In this document: positions 25,589 to 37,639 of the stretch, one piece after another
Layout of the letters: every line of letters starts with the position of its first letter
How positions within the stretch are numbered: position 1 is the first letter of the stretch
DNA from: Eledone cirrhosa
Taxonomy: Eukaryota
NCBI GenBank assembly: GCA_964016885.1
Contig: OZ024747.1
Span: 31,248,001-31,312,000 of the forward strand
Length of the DNA: 64,000 nucleotides
Direction of reading: 5' to 3'
The notes under the pieces: model-generated
Database searches by the model: none
The model's input: the letters and a program-made list of their open reading frames with translations, nothing else
What the model was told of the DNA's origin: nothing
Program-made: the position numbers and the translations under genes

Positions 25589-25805
25589 TTGTTTTAAACA
25601 CACTTTGAGTGTCATTTACATTGTACTTTGACTCTTGTTATTTTACATTGAGCTATTTTCATACTTGTAACTGGGTAATATTCATATATAGCTGCAATCT
25701 GCTATGTATTGAGTACCTTACTTAGTGTGCTTACTGCCAATTGAACCCGGGATAAACTTAACTTTCAGCACTTACTGTGCCCCTCTTAACCATCACCAAG
25801 AAACC

Positions 25806-27085
25806 ATGCTGACCAAACTCGACCTCGATATCTCCTTGAAGAACATCCCAATCCCTTCAAGGAAACAATATTTGAAAACACTCATCAGACGTACAGACGA
25901 GTTCATTAAGCATATTAGATGGAGAGCCTTCTTCTTTGACCACCCTGTTGTAGCATCTACCAATGAAGTTTGGTTTCAAAACGAATAAGGCACCACCCAC
26001 CAACAACCTGCTCGAACCATTTGAGGAAGACCTCTTCAAATTGATCAGAGACATAAAATTTCGTAGAACCAACACACCATTCCAGGCCTATCTAAAAGAC
26101 GAAATGGGGAAAATGAAAAGTTCCCCCAATCCCTATGTCCCCTCCGATAAAACCAAAAACGTATACAGACCTATAAGAAACTAGCAAAAAATGCAATTAC
26201 AACCACCTACAAAAAGGTGAATGAGATGGCTTTGACTGAGACCAATGTGGTTGGTAAAGAGATAGCAAAGTCCCTTAAACTACATGGCCGAACTGAACCC
26301 TTCTACAACACGAGGGACCTTTCTACACTACGAAGGATTTTACTGGATTAACAAGAAGTCAGAGACCCCATTTGACGCCAGCATGGGAGCAAGTGACTCG
26401 GTTGAAGTTAGCGACCTCATGGACCTATATATCTTACACCACCTGAAGAACCTCTTCACTGGCCTAACTGGAGGATTATACCGAGATGATGGCATTTTCG
26501 CTTTACATTAAGTAAACCTCAGAACCACTGATGGGTTTCGGATAAATTTAAGCTCGTTCTTCCGTAATCTAGGATTTAGAATAACCATAGAATCAATATG
26601 ACTAGGGCAAACTTTTCAGATGTCATTCTAGACTTAGATACTTCCCACTATTAGCCATACCGCAAACCTAACGAATCCCTTAGATACATAAATGTTAGTT
26701 CGAACCAGCCAAAAAATATCACTGATAACTTAGTTAAAAGCATCTCACTCAGAATGTCCGGTCTCTCGGCCAATGAAGGCATCTTTAGTGCCTCTGCCCC
26801 TTATTACAATGATGCTCTTGCTCTCAGTGGCTTTAAAGAAAGGATTACTTATCAAGAAAACACCCCCAAGATAACCTAGGAGAAATAGGCATAGGCAGAT
26901 TAGTTGGTACAACCCCCCCCCCCCTTCAACAGAGAGGTTTCTACACCAAAAGCTAGGACTTTCTTCAAGTTGCTGAATAAGCACTTCCCCATGCAAAATA
27001 GGTACTACACTATCTTTAATAAGAATACAATAAGACTTTCCTTCTCCACTACACCTAACCTAGCTAGGAAAAGACCATAAAACGT
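25806..27085 (+). pseudogene. PLE (Naiad-like) RT remnant, internally deleted and 3'-truncated
   Basis: SLKNIPIP..IRWRAFFF, FGFKT, SDKTKNVY, MGASDSVEVSDL, GLYRDDG; homologous to 37987-40212. Confidence 0.85.
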
Positions 27086-27090
27086 GCAGT

Positions 27091-29360
27091 GACCCTGTCA
27101 CAGGACCACCAACACGGCCAGTCTGTGGAGCTAACATTGCTAGTAACTACAGACTTTCCTACTTCCTCTCCCTGATCATATGCCCCATCACTGAAATGTC
27201 CCCAGATATATGTGATAGCACGGAGGACCTCCTCAGCAGAATCAGTGAAAATAACCGATCTAGGGATCTAACAAACTGTATAATAGGTAGTATGGATGTT
27301 GTGTCCCTATATCCATCCATTAACGTGGATTTTGCTGTGGAGAAATGCGTAGAAATGATCAGTGAGAGCAATGTTGAATTCGGTGGGATTGATACCAGTG
27401 AGCTGGGACTCCTACTTAAACTTACCTATAGTAATGATTATCTAGATACATATGACCTTAGCAAACTGTGCCCTACAAGACCAGCAAGAGGCAGACCACC
27501 TACCATTACCTCAATGGCCAAGAAATCCCACACAGAAAGATGGAACAGGTGGACCAGAGCCATACAGACCCCCGAAAACCACGATGAACTAAGGAAAATA
27601 ATTGCACATGTGGTGGGAGCCAGTATAAAATTAACCCTTAAGGAACATATGTTCAAATTTAATGGAAAAACATATGACCAAGAGGAGGGAGCAGCCATTG
27701 GTGTTAGCATTGCAGGTGACATAGCTAACCTATTCATGGTATGATGGGACAATAAACTTAAACTTAAACTTAAAGAACAATTAGAAGACAATGTACTCCT
27801 GCTACGTTGATGATATAAACATCGTAGTAAAAACACCCCCACTAGAGAACAGTCAGGAATTAGAGAAAAACACCATGGAAAGCATGCAGCAAATAGCTAA
27901 CTACATCCACCAGAGTATTAGAATTACTATAGACTACCCAAGGAAACACCCCAACCATCAATTACCTGTACTAGACACAGAGCTCTGGTTAGAAAGCATT
28001 AATAACAAAAAACCAATCCTCCATTCCCATTATGCCAACCCCATGACTTCCAAATATCTGATCCACTGAAACTCAGCTGTTTTGGATCACACCAAAATCA
28101 ACATACTGATTGCGGATTTGGTACGGGTGATGAGAAACGTGTCCCGCATGTGCAACCCCAAAGAACTGGAGAGACACATACAACACTTCATCCACCGTAT
28201 GCAGTTCTCTGGTTACAATTAGAGAGATAAAATCAGAGTATATAGAGGAGCCAGGACCAAATGGGAAAAAATGGTAAATAATGATACAAATGGGACCTGT
28301 CCCTTGTATAGGAGCAAATTTTGTAATAGAATAGAAAGAACTAGGAATAAGGTTAATAGAATAAACTCATGGTATGATAGCAATAAACACCAGAGTGTGA
28401 TGTTCATCAATACAACCCCTAGAGGTGAATTAGCTTACAAATTTAGATAAACATAAACTTAATATTAAGATAGTAAAAAGACCAGGTACCTCGATAAAAA
28501 CACTTATTAACAATACATAACTTTTCAAAGACCTTCCTGTATAAATAAGAAATGCATAATCTGTAAACTAAGCCCCCATATTAACTGTAAAACTAGAAAT
28601 GTAGTATATAGCATAAGATGTACTGAAGGACAATGTAAAGATAAGAATATAGTGTGCATAGGTGAGACAGCTCGTAGTATAGGAGAACGGTTAAATGAAC
28701 ACTGGCGAGAAGTTCAAAATATAAAAGAATCATCAATACTCCACCAACATGATAAAATAGAACATAAGGGGAAATTAGAGAACATAGAAATAAAAATAGA
28801 ATCTACACACAGAAAAGACGCAATGTTTAGACAAATCACAGAGGCAATAAACATAAATGAACTCCAACCAAAATTAAATAAAAAACATGAATGGAAAAGC
28901 AACATCACAACTTACAATTAAGGACAAAATGAAAACACACACACATAGAACAAACAACCAACCAGTAACATGTAAATAAACAAATAAAAACACACACAGA
29001 CACCCGCATGTATCACATGCGCAAACTAAGCACACAACACACACAAAAACAAGATGGCGTAGGACAGAAAAAAGGAGAGGCACAAAAACAAAGAAAAGAA
29101 TCCCCAGTCACTGAAGAGGTCACAGAATGTGTGACGAAAGAACTTTGACAATATATGAAAAACCGTCCGTTTATGGAACCAACCATCCAACCGGAAATTT
29201 ATAAATTCTTAAATTTATAAATTTAATTTATAATAAATTGGAGTGAAAGCAACTGGTGCGTGTGTTTCTTATTGGCAACATGACCCTCCCAAAGCATAAT
29301 AATATCGGTTTCAACACACGTTTTCATATAAAGAATCTTGCTAAACAAATGCAGAAACGA
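27091..29360 (+). mobile_element. 5'-truncated decayed PLE of the 902-aa family, with 3' pLTR
   Basis: SMDVVSLYPSI, GAAIG, YVDD, GETARSIGERLNEH; colinear with 30725-32580. Confidence 0.92.
29106..29150 (+). ncRNA. Minimal hammerhead motif H6 in pLTR
   Basis: gtca CTGAAGA g gtcaca gaatg tgtgac GAAA gaac TT tgac. Confidence 0.6.
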
Positions 29361-29380
29361 AATATATATATATATATATA

Positions 29381-30212
29381 TAAATTAATAAAATAATGAA
29401 TAAACATAGAAACAGTTCCTTATATTAAAAAAAATTCATCATTTTACGATCGTTTCTAGGATATATATGTGTTAGAGTTGGTATGCATATTCTATAGATC
29501 TATGTACAATATTTATACAAACTATCAGAGGGAATATACATACCTACACATATATATGCTGTCTTCAGAAATAATGATATTTGTTTATTGAAAATAACAA
29601 AGATTCAATACAATAGGTCTGTTTGGGAACAGGTTTTTAATTGACCAATCAGGAGATAGTGAGGGTCAAGATAGTAATATAGTATTAGAAGAACCTTAAA
29701 TTATGGGTAGAGGAAGGTAGATTTCAGTTTTGGATGGAAAAGAATATTATGAATGAAGGATTATTTTAGGGAAGAAATAGGTCTTATGCTGACCTCAGAA
29801 ATAATTTTATTTGTTCATTGAATAAAACCAACAAAGATCTAATATATTCTGTCTGTTTGGTAAGAGGTTTAGAATTAACCAATAGAAAGTTAATAATTGG
29901 CCAAATGGTAAAATAGTAGTAACTGAAGCTTATTTTAGGGGTGAAAATAGATCAGGTGGTGAGTAAAAGGTATACAAGCAGTTGTTGTTATAAAATAGTA
30001 ATGCCAATACAAATATCTAAGGTGACCAAAGTTTTAAGATAAGAATGTTAGTGAAAAAAATACATCTATGAAAAGAATATAAAATTAATTTAATTGATGG
30101 GTATATTTATATTGATAAAATTATACTAATACATATAGATATGATAAATAAGAGTTGGATGCAGTTGAAAAGTGCTGTTAAAGATAAGGGGAAATTAAAA
30201 GAATATGAAAAT
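29381..30212 (-). repeat. ORF-less pLTR-like element carrying HHR H2, with internal ~230-bp-period duplication
   Basis: 29381-29577 matches 15407-15600; 29562-29650 resembles 29793-29885. Confidence 0.55.
29436..29577 (-). ncRNA. Hammerhead motif H2 with 105-nt stem II
   Basis: Reverse complement: tcattattt CTGAAGA [105-nt hairpin] GAAA cgatcg TA aaatgatga; 9-bp stem I, palindromic stem III. Confidence 0.7.
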
Positions 30213-30404
30213 AATATATATATATATATATACTTATATATTGTTATACTTTGGGAGGGTCATGTTGCCAATAAGAAACACACGCACCAGTTGCTTTCAC
30301 TTCAATTTATTATATATTTATAAATTTATAAATCTACAAACTTATAAATTATAAATTTCTGGTTGGTTGGTTGGTTCCACAACCAGATAGTTGTTTATAT
30401 ATAT

Positions 30405-30449
30405 AGTCATAGTCCTTTCGTCACACACTCTGTGACCTCTTCAGTCACT
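30405..30449 (-). ncRNA. Minimal hammerhead motif H6 in the 3' pLTR of the intact PLE
   Basis: Reverse complement: agtga CTGAAGA g gtcaca gagtg tgtgac GAAA ggac TA tgact. Confidence 0.6.
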
Positions 30450-30724
30450 GGGGATCCCTTTCTTCATTTCTGTGCCTTTCCTTTCTTCTATCCTACGCCA
30501 TTTTGTTTCTGTGTGTGTGTTGTGTGCTCAGTTTGCGCATGCACCACATCCGGGTGTCTGTGTGTGTGTGTTCATTTTTCTATTTTTCTATTTGTTTATT
30601 TATTTATTTATTTATTGTTGGTTGGTTGTTTGTTCTATGTGTGTGTGTGTGTTTTCATTTTGTGTGTGTTTTCAATTGTAAGTTGTTTGTTCTATGTGTG
30701 TGTGTGTGTGTTTTCATTTTGTCC

Positions 30725-33433
30725 TTAATTGTAAGTTGTGATGTTGCTGTTCCACTCATATTTTCTATTTAATTTTGGTTTTAATTCTTTTATGCTTACT
30801 GCCTCTGTAATTTGCCTAAACATTGCGTCTTTTCTGTGTGTGGATTCTATTTTTATTTCTATGCTCTCTAATCTACCCCTGTGTTCTATCTTAGCATGTT
30901 GGTAGAGCACAGATGATTCTTTATTATCTTGGAGGTCTCGCCAGTGTTCATTTATTCGTTCCCCTATACTACGAGCTGTCTCACCTATGTACACTATATT
31001 TTTGTTTCTACATTGTCCTTCAGTACATCTTATGCTATACACTACATTTCTAGTTTTACAGTTAATATGGGGGCTTATTTTACAGGTTATACATTTCTTA
31101 TCTATACATGAGGGTCTTTGGAACGGGTATGTCTTGCTAATAAGTGTTTTTACGGAGGTACCAGGTCTTTCTACTATCTTAATATTGAGATTATGTTTAT
31201 TTAGGGCCCTTCTAAATTTGTAGGCTAGTTCGCCTCTAGGGGTTGTATTGATGAACATTACACTCTGGTATTTATTGCTATCATACCATGAGTTTATTCT
31301 ATTGGCCTTGTTCCTAGTTCTTTCTATTCTATTCCAAAATTTGCTCCTATACAAGGGGCAGGTCCCATTTATGTCATTATTTACCATTTTTTCCCATTTA
31401 GTTCTGGCTCCTTTATACACTCTGATTCTATCTCTCTGATTGTAGCCAGAGAACTGCATACGGTGGATGAAGTGTTGTATGTGTCTCTCTAGTTCTTCGG
31501 GGTTGCACATGCGGGACACATTTCTCATCACCCGTACCAAATCCGCAATCAGTATGTTGATTTTAGTGTGGTCCGAAATGGCCGAGTTTCGGTGGATCAG
31601 ATGTTTGGAAGTCATGGGTTTGGCATAATGGGAATGGAGGATTTGTTTTTGGTTGTTAATGGTATCTAACCAGAGCTCTGTGTCTAGTACAGGTAATCGA
31701 TGGTTGGGGTGTCTACTTGGGTAGTCTATAGTAACTCTAATGCTCTGGTGGATCGAGTTTGCTATTTGCTGGATGCTTTCCATTGTGTTTTTCTCTAGTT
31801 CCTGACTGTTCTTTAGTGGGGGTGTCTTAACTACGATGTTTATATCATCTACGTAGCGGGAGTACATTATCAGGGTTAAGCTGTCTTCTAATTGTTCATT
31901 AAGTTTTTGTTTAAGTCTACTGTCCCACCATACCATGAATAAGTTAGCTATGTCGCCTGCAATGCTAACACCAATGGCTGCTCCTTCCTCTTGGGCATAT
32001 GTTTTACCATTAAATTTGAACATATGTTCCTTAAGGGTTAATTTTATGCTGGCCCCTACCGCATGTGCAATCATTTTCTTCAGTTCATCGTGGTTTTCGG
32101 GTGTCCGTATGGCTCTGGTCCACCCGTTCCATCTATCTGTGTGGGTTTTCTTGGCCATTGAGGTAATGGTAGGTGGTCTGCCTCTTGCTGGTCTTGTAGG
32201 GCACAGTTTGCTAAGGTCATAAGTGTCTAGGTAACTATTACTATGGGTAAGCTTAAGTAGAAGTCCCAGCTCACTGGTATCAATCCCACGGAACTCAACC
32301 TTGCTCTCGCTGATCATTTCTACGCATTTCTCCACAGCAAAATCCACGTCAATAGATGGATACAGGGACACAACATCCATACTGCTTATTATGCAGTTTG
32401 TTAGGTCCCCAGATCGGTTACCCGCGCCGATTCTGCTGAGGAGGTCCTCTGTGCTGTCACACACATCTGGGGACATCTCAATGATGGGGCGTATGATCAG
32501 GGAGAGGAAGTAGGACAGTCTGTAGTTACTAGCAATGTTAGCCCCACAGACTGGTCGTGTTGGTGGTCCCGTGACAGGGTCCCAGCCCGTTTTATGGTCT
32601 TTTCGAAGCCCATACAACGCCGGCACGTCATTGTTCCAGGCCTGGAAGTTGTTGGCAGTCCTTTTGTTGGGCTGCATTATATTTGTCCACATCACCATAT
32701 GGGCATTGAGGGCTTTTTCTCTATCCTCATGCTCCTGTGGTGTTACCTCTCTTGTGTTAGTGATGTGGGGTTGCATTGCCTGGATGTAGTTTGGCAGACT
32801 GTCAACCGACATTCTGCCAGACTTATCTGTTGGAAAACATGCTATCTCTCCATTACGCGAGCGCTGCATGAGCTTACGCAAGCCATTTGCAGATTCTTCT
32901 CCCAGTTGCTGGGCCTCTATTCTATTATGCTTCTTGCTATACTGTTCTATAATATTTCTAAGTTCGGATTTAGCTATACTAAATTGTGCTTCTGTTTGTT
33001 CATCGACCTGCGACGGCAACTGCGTGCGTTTGTTAAATGGCAAAGTCGTGGCGTGGACTCGTCGTAGGTCGAATGATTTATCGGAGGGGTTATAAAACAG
33101 AGAGTTCCAGGCTGCTGCTTTATGTGTACTAGTGCTATTATTATTGTTAGTTGTGTTATTTCTATTTCTATTTCCACCAGCAGCCTCAGCTTCATGGTTG
33201 TTTCTATGTCTCTCATAATTACTCCTGTCTCTTTCCACTGGCTCAATGTTGTTATCTACCCTATTTTGTGTGTCTGTGTGTTCGTCTTGGTTATTCTCTT
33301 TGTCCTTAGTCTCCCATCTCCTTTTCTTTTTAATCCTATTACTTTCTCTTATTTCTCTGATTTCTGTGCTACTGTCATTACTTGTTTTCTGTGTCTGTGT
33401 GTTTGTTAAGATTGTGGTGGTGGTGAGAGCCAT
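30725..33433 (-). CDS. PLE polyprotein, reverse transcriptase + GIY-YIG endonuclease (902 aa)
   Basis: PTDKSG, LYGLRKDHK, RPVCG, SMDVVSLYPSI, QEEGAAIG, RYVDD, LPVLD; Cys linker CIDKKCITCKISPHINC; VVY..YIGETAR..R..EH, EA..I..LN. Confidence 0.95.
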   Translation of the reverse strand: MALTTTTILTNTQTQKTSNDSSTEIREIRESNRIKKKRRWETKDKENNQDEHTDTQNRVDNNIEPVERDRSNYERHRNNHEAEAAGGNRNRNNTTNNNNSTSTHKAAAWNSLFYNPSDKSFDLRRVHATTLPFNKRTQLPSQVDEQTEAQFSIAKSELRNIIEQYSKKHNRIEAQQLGEESANGLRKLMQRSRNGEIACFPTDKSGRMSVDSLPNYIQAMQPHITNTREVTPQEHEDREKALNAHMVMWTNIMQPNKRTANNFQAWNNDVPALYGLRKDHKTGWDPVTGPPTRPVCGANIASNYRLSYFLSLIIRPIIEMSPDVCDSTEDLLSRIGAGNRSGDLTNCIISSMDVVSLYPSIDVDFAVEKCVEMISESKVEFRGIDTSELGLLLKLTHSNSYLDTYDLSKLCPTRPARGRPPTITSMAKKTHTDRWNGWTRAIRTPENHDELKKMIAHAVGASIKLTLKEHMFKFNGKTYAQEEGAAIGVSIAGDIANLFMVWWDSRLKQKLNEQLEDSLTLIMYSRYVDDINIVVKTPPLKNSQELEKNTMESIQQIANSIHQSIRVTIDYPSRHPNHRLPVLDTELWLDTINNQKQILHSHYAKPMTSKHLIHRNSAISDHTKINILIADLVRVMRNVSRMCNPEELERHIQHFIHRMQFSGYNQRDRIRVYKGARTKWEKMVNNDINGTCPLYRSKFWNRIERTRNKANRINSWYDSNKYQSVMFINTTPRGELAYKFRRALNKHNLNIKIVERPGTSVKTLISKTYPFQRPSCIDKKCITCKISPHINCKTRNVVYSIRCTEGQCRNKNIVYIGETARSIGERINEHWRDLQDNKESSVLYQHAKIEHRGRLESIEIKIESTHRKDAMFRQITEAVSIKELKPKLNRKYEWNSNITTYN

Positions 33434-33917
33434 TGAATGCGTGTGTGTTGTTGTTGTTGATGTGTGTTGTTGTTGATGTGTTTTGTTGTTGTCTCCGTGT
33501 GTGTGTGTGTTATCGTTGTTGTGTGTGTTGTTATTGTTGTTTGTGTCTGCGTGTCTGTTGTTGTTGTATCTGGGTATGTTGCTATTGTTGTTGATGTGTG
33601 TGTTGTTGTTATTGTTGTCTCCGTGTGTGTTATCGTTGCTGTGTGTGTTGTTATTGTTGTTTGTGTCTGCGTGTCTGTTGTTGTTGTATCTGGGTATGTT
33701 GCTATTGTTGTTGTTGTTGTATCTGGGTATGTTGCTATTGTTGTTGTTGTTGTTATTGTTGTTTGTGTCTGTGTGTCTGTTGTTGTTGGGATGTGTGTTG
33801 GGATGTGTGTGTGCGTATATTGTTGCTTTTGTTTTTGATGCTCCAGCGTAGTTTTGTAAATGATTTTTCTATTTCTGACAGACAACTAATCATATTTACC
33901 TTCTTGAATGTCGCAAT

Positions 33918-33983
33918 GATCGTAAAATGATGAATTTTTTTTAATATAAGGAACTGTTTCTTTGTTTATTCATTATTTTATTA

Positions 33984-34017
<34 letters not shown>

Positions 34018-35753
34018 CGTTTCTGCATTTGTTTAGCAAGATTCTTTATATGAAAACGTGTGTTGAAACCGATATTATTATGCTTTGGGAGGGTCATGTT
34101 GCCAATAAGAAACACACGCACCAGTTGCTTTCACTCCAATTTATTATAAATTAAATTTATAAATTTAAGAATTTATAAATTTCCGGTTGGATGGTTGGTT
34201 CCATAAACGGACGGTTTTTCATATATTGTCAAAGTTCTTTCGTCACACATTCTGTGACCTCTTCAGTGACTGGGGATTCTTTTCTTTGTTTTTGTGCCTC
34301 TCCTTTTTTCTGTCCTACGCCATCTTGTTTTTGTGTGTGTTGTGTGCTTAGTTTGCGCATGTGATACATGTGGGTGTCTGTGTGTGTTTTTATTTGTTTA
34401 TTTACATGTTACTGGTTGTTTGTTTGTTCTATGTGTGTGTGTTTTCATTTTGTCCTTAATTGTGAGTTGTGATGTTGCTTTTCCATTCATGTTTTTTATT
34501 TAATTTTGGTTGGAGTTCATTTATGTTTATTGCCTCTGTGATTTGTCTAAACATTGCGTCTTTTCTGTGTGTAGATTCTATTTTTATTTCTATGTTCTCT
34601 AATTTGCCCTTATGTTCTATTTTATCATGTTGGTGGAGTATTGATGATTCTTTTATATTTTGAACTTCTCGCCAGTGTTCATTTAACTGTTCTCCTATAC
34701 TACGAGCTGTCTCACCTATGCACACTATATTGTTATCTTTACATTGTCCTTCAGTACATCTTATGCTATATACTACATTTCTAGTTTTACAGTTAATATG
34801 GGGGCTTAGTTTACAGATTATGCATTTCTTATTTATACAGGGAGGTCTTTGAAAAGGATATGTATTGTTAATAAGTGTTTTTATCGAGGTACCTGATCTT
34901 TTTACTATCTTAATATTAAGTTTATGTTTATCTAGGGCCCTTCTAAATTTGTAAGCTAATTCACCTCTAGGGGTTGTATTGATGAACATTACACTCTGGT
35001 GTTTATTGCTATCATACCATGAGTTTATTCTATTAACCTTATTCCTAGTTCTTTCTATTCTATTACAAAATTTGCTCCTATACAAGGGACAGGTCCCATT
35101 TGTATCATTATTTACCATTTTTTCCCATTTGGTTCTGGCTCCTCTATATACTCTGATTTTATCTCTCTAATTGTAACCAGAGAACTGCATACGGTGGATG
35201 AAGTGCTGTATGTGTCTCTCTAGTTCTTTGGGGTTGCACATGCGGGACACGTTTCTCATCACCCGTACCAAATCCGCAATCAGTATGTTGATTTTGGTGT
35301 GATCCAAAACAGCTGAGTTTCAGTGGATCAGATATTTGGAAGTCATGGGGTTGGCATAATGGAAATGGAGGATTGGTTTTTTGTTATTAATGCTTTCTAA
35401 CCAGAGCTCTGTGTCTAGTACAGGTAATCGATGGTTGGGGTGTTTCCTTGGGTAGTCTATAGTAATTCTAATACTCTGGTGGATGGAGTTAGCTATTTGC
35501 TGCATGCTTTCCATGGTGTTTTTCTCTAATTCCTGACTGTTCTCTAGTGGGGGTGTTTTTACTACGATGTTTATATCATCAACGTAGCAGGAGTACATTG
35601 TCTTCTAATTGTTCTTTAAGTTTAAGTTTAAGTTTATTGTCCCATCATACCATGAATAGGTTAGCTATGTCACCTGCAATGCTAACACCAATGGCTGCTC
35701 CCTCCTCTTGGGCATATGTTTTTCCATTAAATTTGAACATATGTTCCTTAAGG
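33918..35753 (-). repeat. Inverted duplicate of 27637-29452 (decayed PLE 3' half, pLTR with HHR at 34227-34271, and flank)
   Basis: Shares the same TGA (ttcatggtatga), the same deletion (gaagacaatgtactcc) and non-element flanking DNA. Confidence 0.92.
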
Positions 35754-36240
35754 AACCACAAAGTTACTAAGACAAAACCTATATATTTGCTAGCATTTAT
35801 ATGCATCTGTATGTATATATATGTTACTAGATATTAATTCTTTATAATTATCTCCAAATTATTTGTCGAGCAATATTGGCCAAGACTGCTGCTATGGTAG
35901 CAGGCAGGCCGCTGTCTTATTAGCAAACCACTTTCCACTGATTGACCTCGATGTCACGTGATTGATTCTTTTTGAATTTGCCACCGATGCAGAGGCAGTG
36001 ATTTTTTCAATGGCTAGGAATTCAGTCCACGCTTTGCTATTTTCTATCCACTGAATTATTTTTGAATAAGTTTCCAGAGTCCACGCTTTGCATGGATACT
36101 TAGATCAGAATAGTCTTCCCTGACGACGAAATGATTCTCTATGTTTTCTTCGGAAAATATATTTATTCCATTTCAGAAACTAATTAGTTGGAAGTGATAT
36201 TTTAGTAAGTAAGTTAATTTTATAATTTTCTTATTTTACG

Positions 36241-36341
<101 letters not shown>

Positions 36342-36577
36342 TGTATATATATATATATATACGTATATATATGTGTGTGTCGGTATGTGTATGTATTACT
36401 ATTATATGTAGATAGGTAGAATCAAAGAAACAAGAGTGGTATTTACTCATGTTTCATTACAATTGTGGAATTGACTTTGTCTTATTCATTGAGGTTCAGT
36501 AAATAGATTTGAACACATTGAACAAACTTTTTTTTTTCTTGGGTTTAAGTGTTATACTGAGGTTAGAAATCATCATT

Positions 36578-36750
36578 GGATTGGCAGTGTCGGTAGAGGG
36601 TCAGACACCATGCTTTGACGTATCGAGTTACACCCTTTGCCGTTCTGAGTTCAAATCCCGCAGAAGTTAACTTTGCCTTTCATCCTTACGGGTTCGATAA
36701 AATAAAGTACCAGTAATGCTGGCCTTGTGCCAAAAGTAGAAACAATTATT
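36578..36750 (+). mobile_element. SINE family 1
   Basis: A box tggcagtgtcgg, B box gagttcaaatcc, same core. Confidence 0.85.
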
Positions 36751-37522
36751 ATATTCAGAAAATATTTGTTTAAACAATAATATGCTTTGATGTCATATGA
36801 TTCTTTGTAATACAATAGCAGAGAAAAAAAATAATGATTTAACAATCACAATATTTAACAACTTTTATTTTCTCACAGAAATGTGAGAAACACAGTCAGC
36901 ATATAACTTTGATGATGTTAGATGTCTAGTTTTAGTTCCTGATTTTTTTTTTCTTTTATCTTGATGTTTTATATCTCAAGTTTCTTTTATGAAATGGTTA
37001 GTTAAACTTTTTGAGATAGAACTTGACCATTTTTATGTGATCGTTTAATATTTTCAAAAGCTGAAGCAAAATCTAGATATTAACAAATATTTTTGTTTTA
37101 TTTTCAATATTTAGAAATGATTTAATAATTGTATTTTGGTTTCATGTTATATCATATATATTGCGCCCATTTACAACATAACAAATATGAAAATGTTTTT
37201 ACTGATGAATGAAAGGAGCAGTTTTGCAATAAAATATATCAAAGAAAGCAATGTCACATATAAAGAATTTAAGATTTTTTATACACATTAGCCATTTTGG
37301 AAAAAGCAAAGCTGTCAAGTTTTACAGATCATTCACATATACAAACAATAAAAAATATCAAGGCAATTTCACTAGGAAATTTAAAATAAATACGTATATA
37401 ACATGCAAAAATATTAAAAAACAGATGGATCTAAAAGCAGTAAAGAATAGAAATAAGTTTAAGAATAGAAATATTAATTTTTTTACAGAAAAAACAAGCA
37501 ATAGAAAGAAGAAAGTGAAAAT

Positions 37523-37563
<41 letters not shown>

Positions 37564-37573
37564 ATATATATAC

Positions 37574-37639
<66 letters not shown>

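Larger units (their letters stand above)
24526..25624. repeat. ~500-bp-arm inverted repeat (inverted pLTR plus pLTR) at a PLE 5' end
   Basis: Arms 24526-25030 and 25089-25624, ~58-bp spacer, moderately diverged. Confidence 0.9.
30235..33917 (-). mobile_element. Penelope-like element (Neptune-like), near full length
   Basis: Intact ORF and 3' pLTR 30235-30724 with HHR; ends in (TA)n. Confidence 0.93.

Noticed and set aside
33450-33800. CRISPR-like or functional repeat array
   Set aside because: Degenerate (GTT)/(GT) minisatellite with no repeat-spacer structure, in eukaryotic context
36116-36180. CTGACGA..GAAA hammerhead-like motif
   Set aside because: Stem I cannot pair (ttcc versus ttcc) and no second copy was seen
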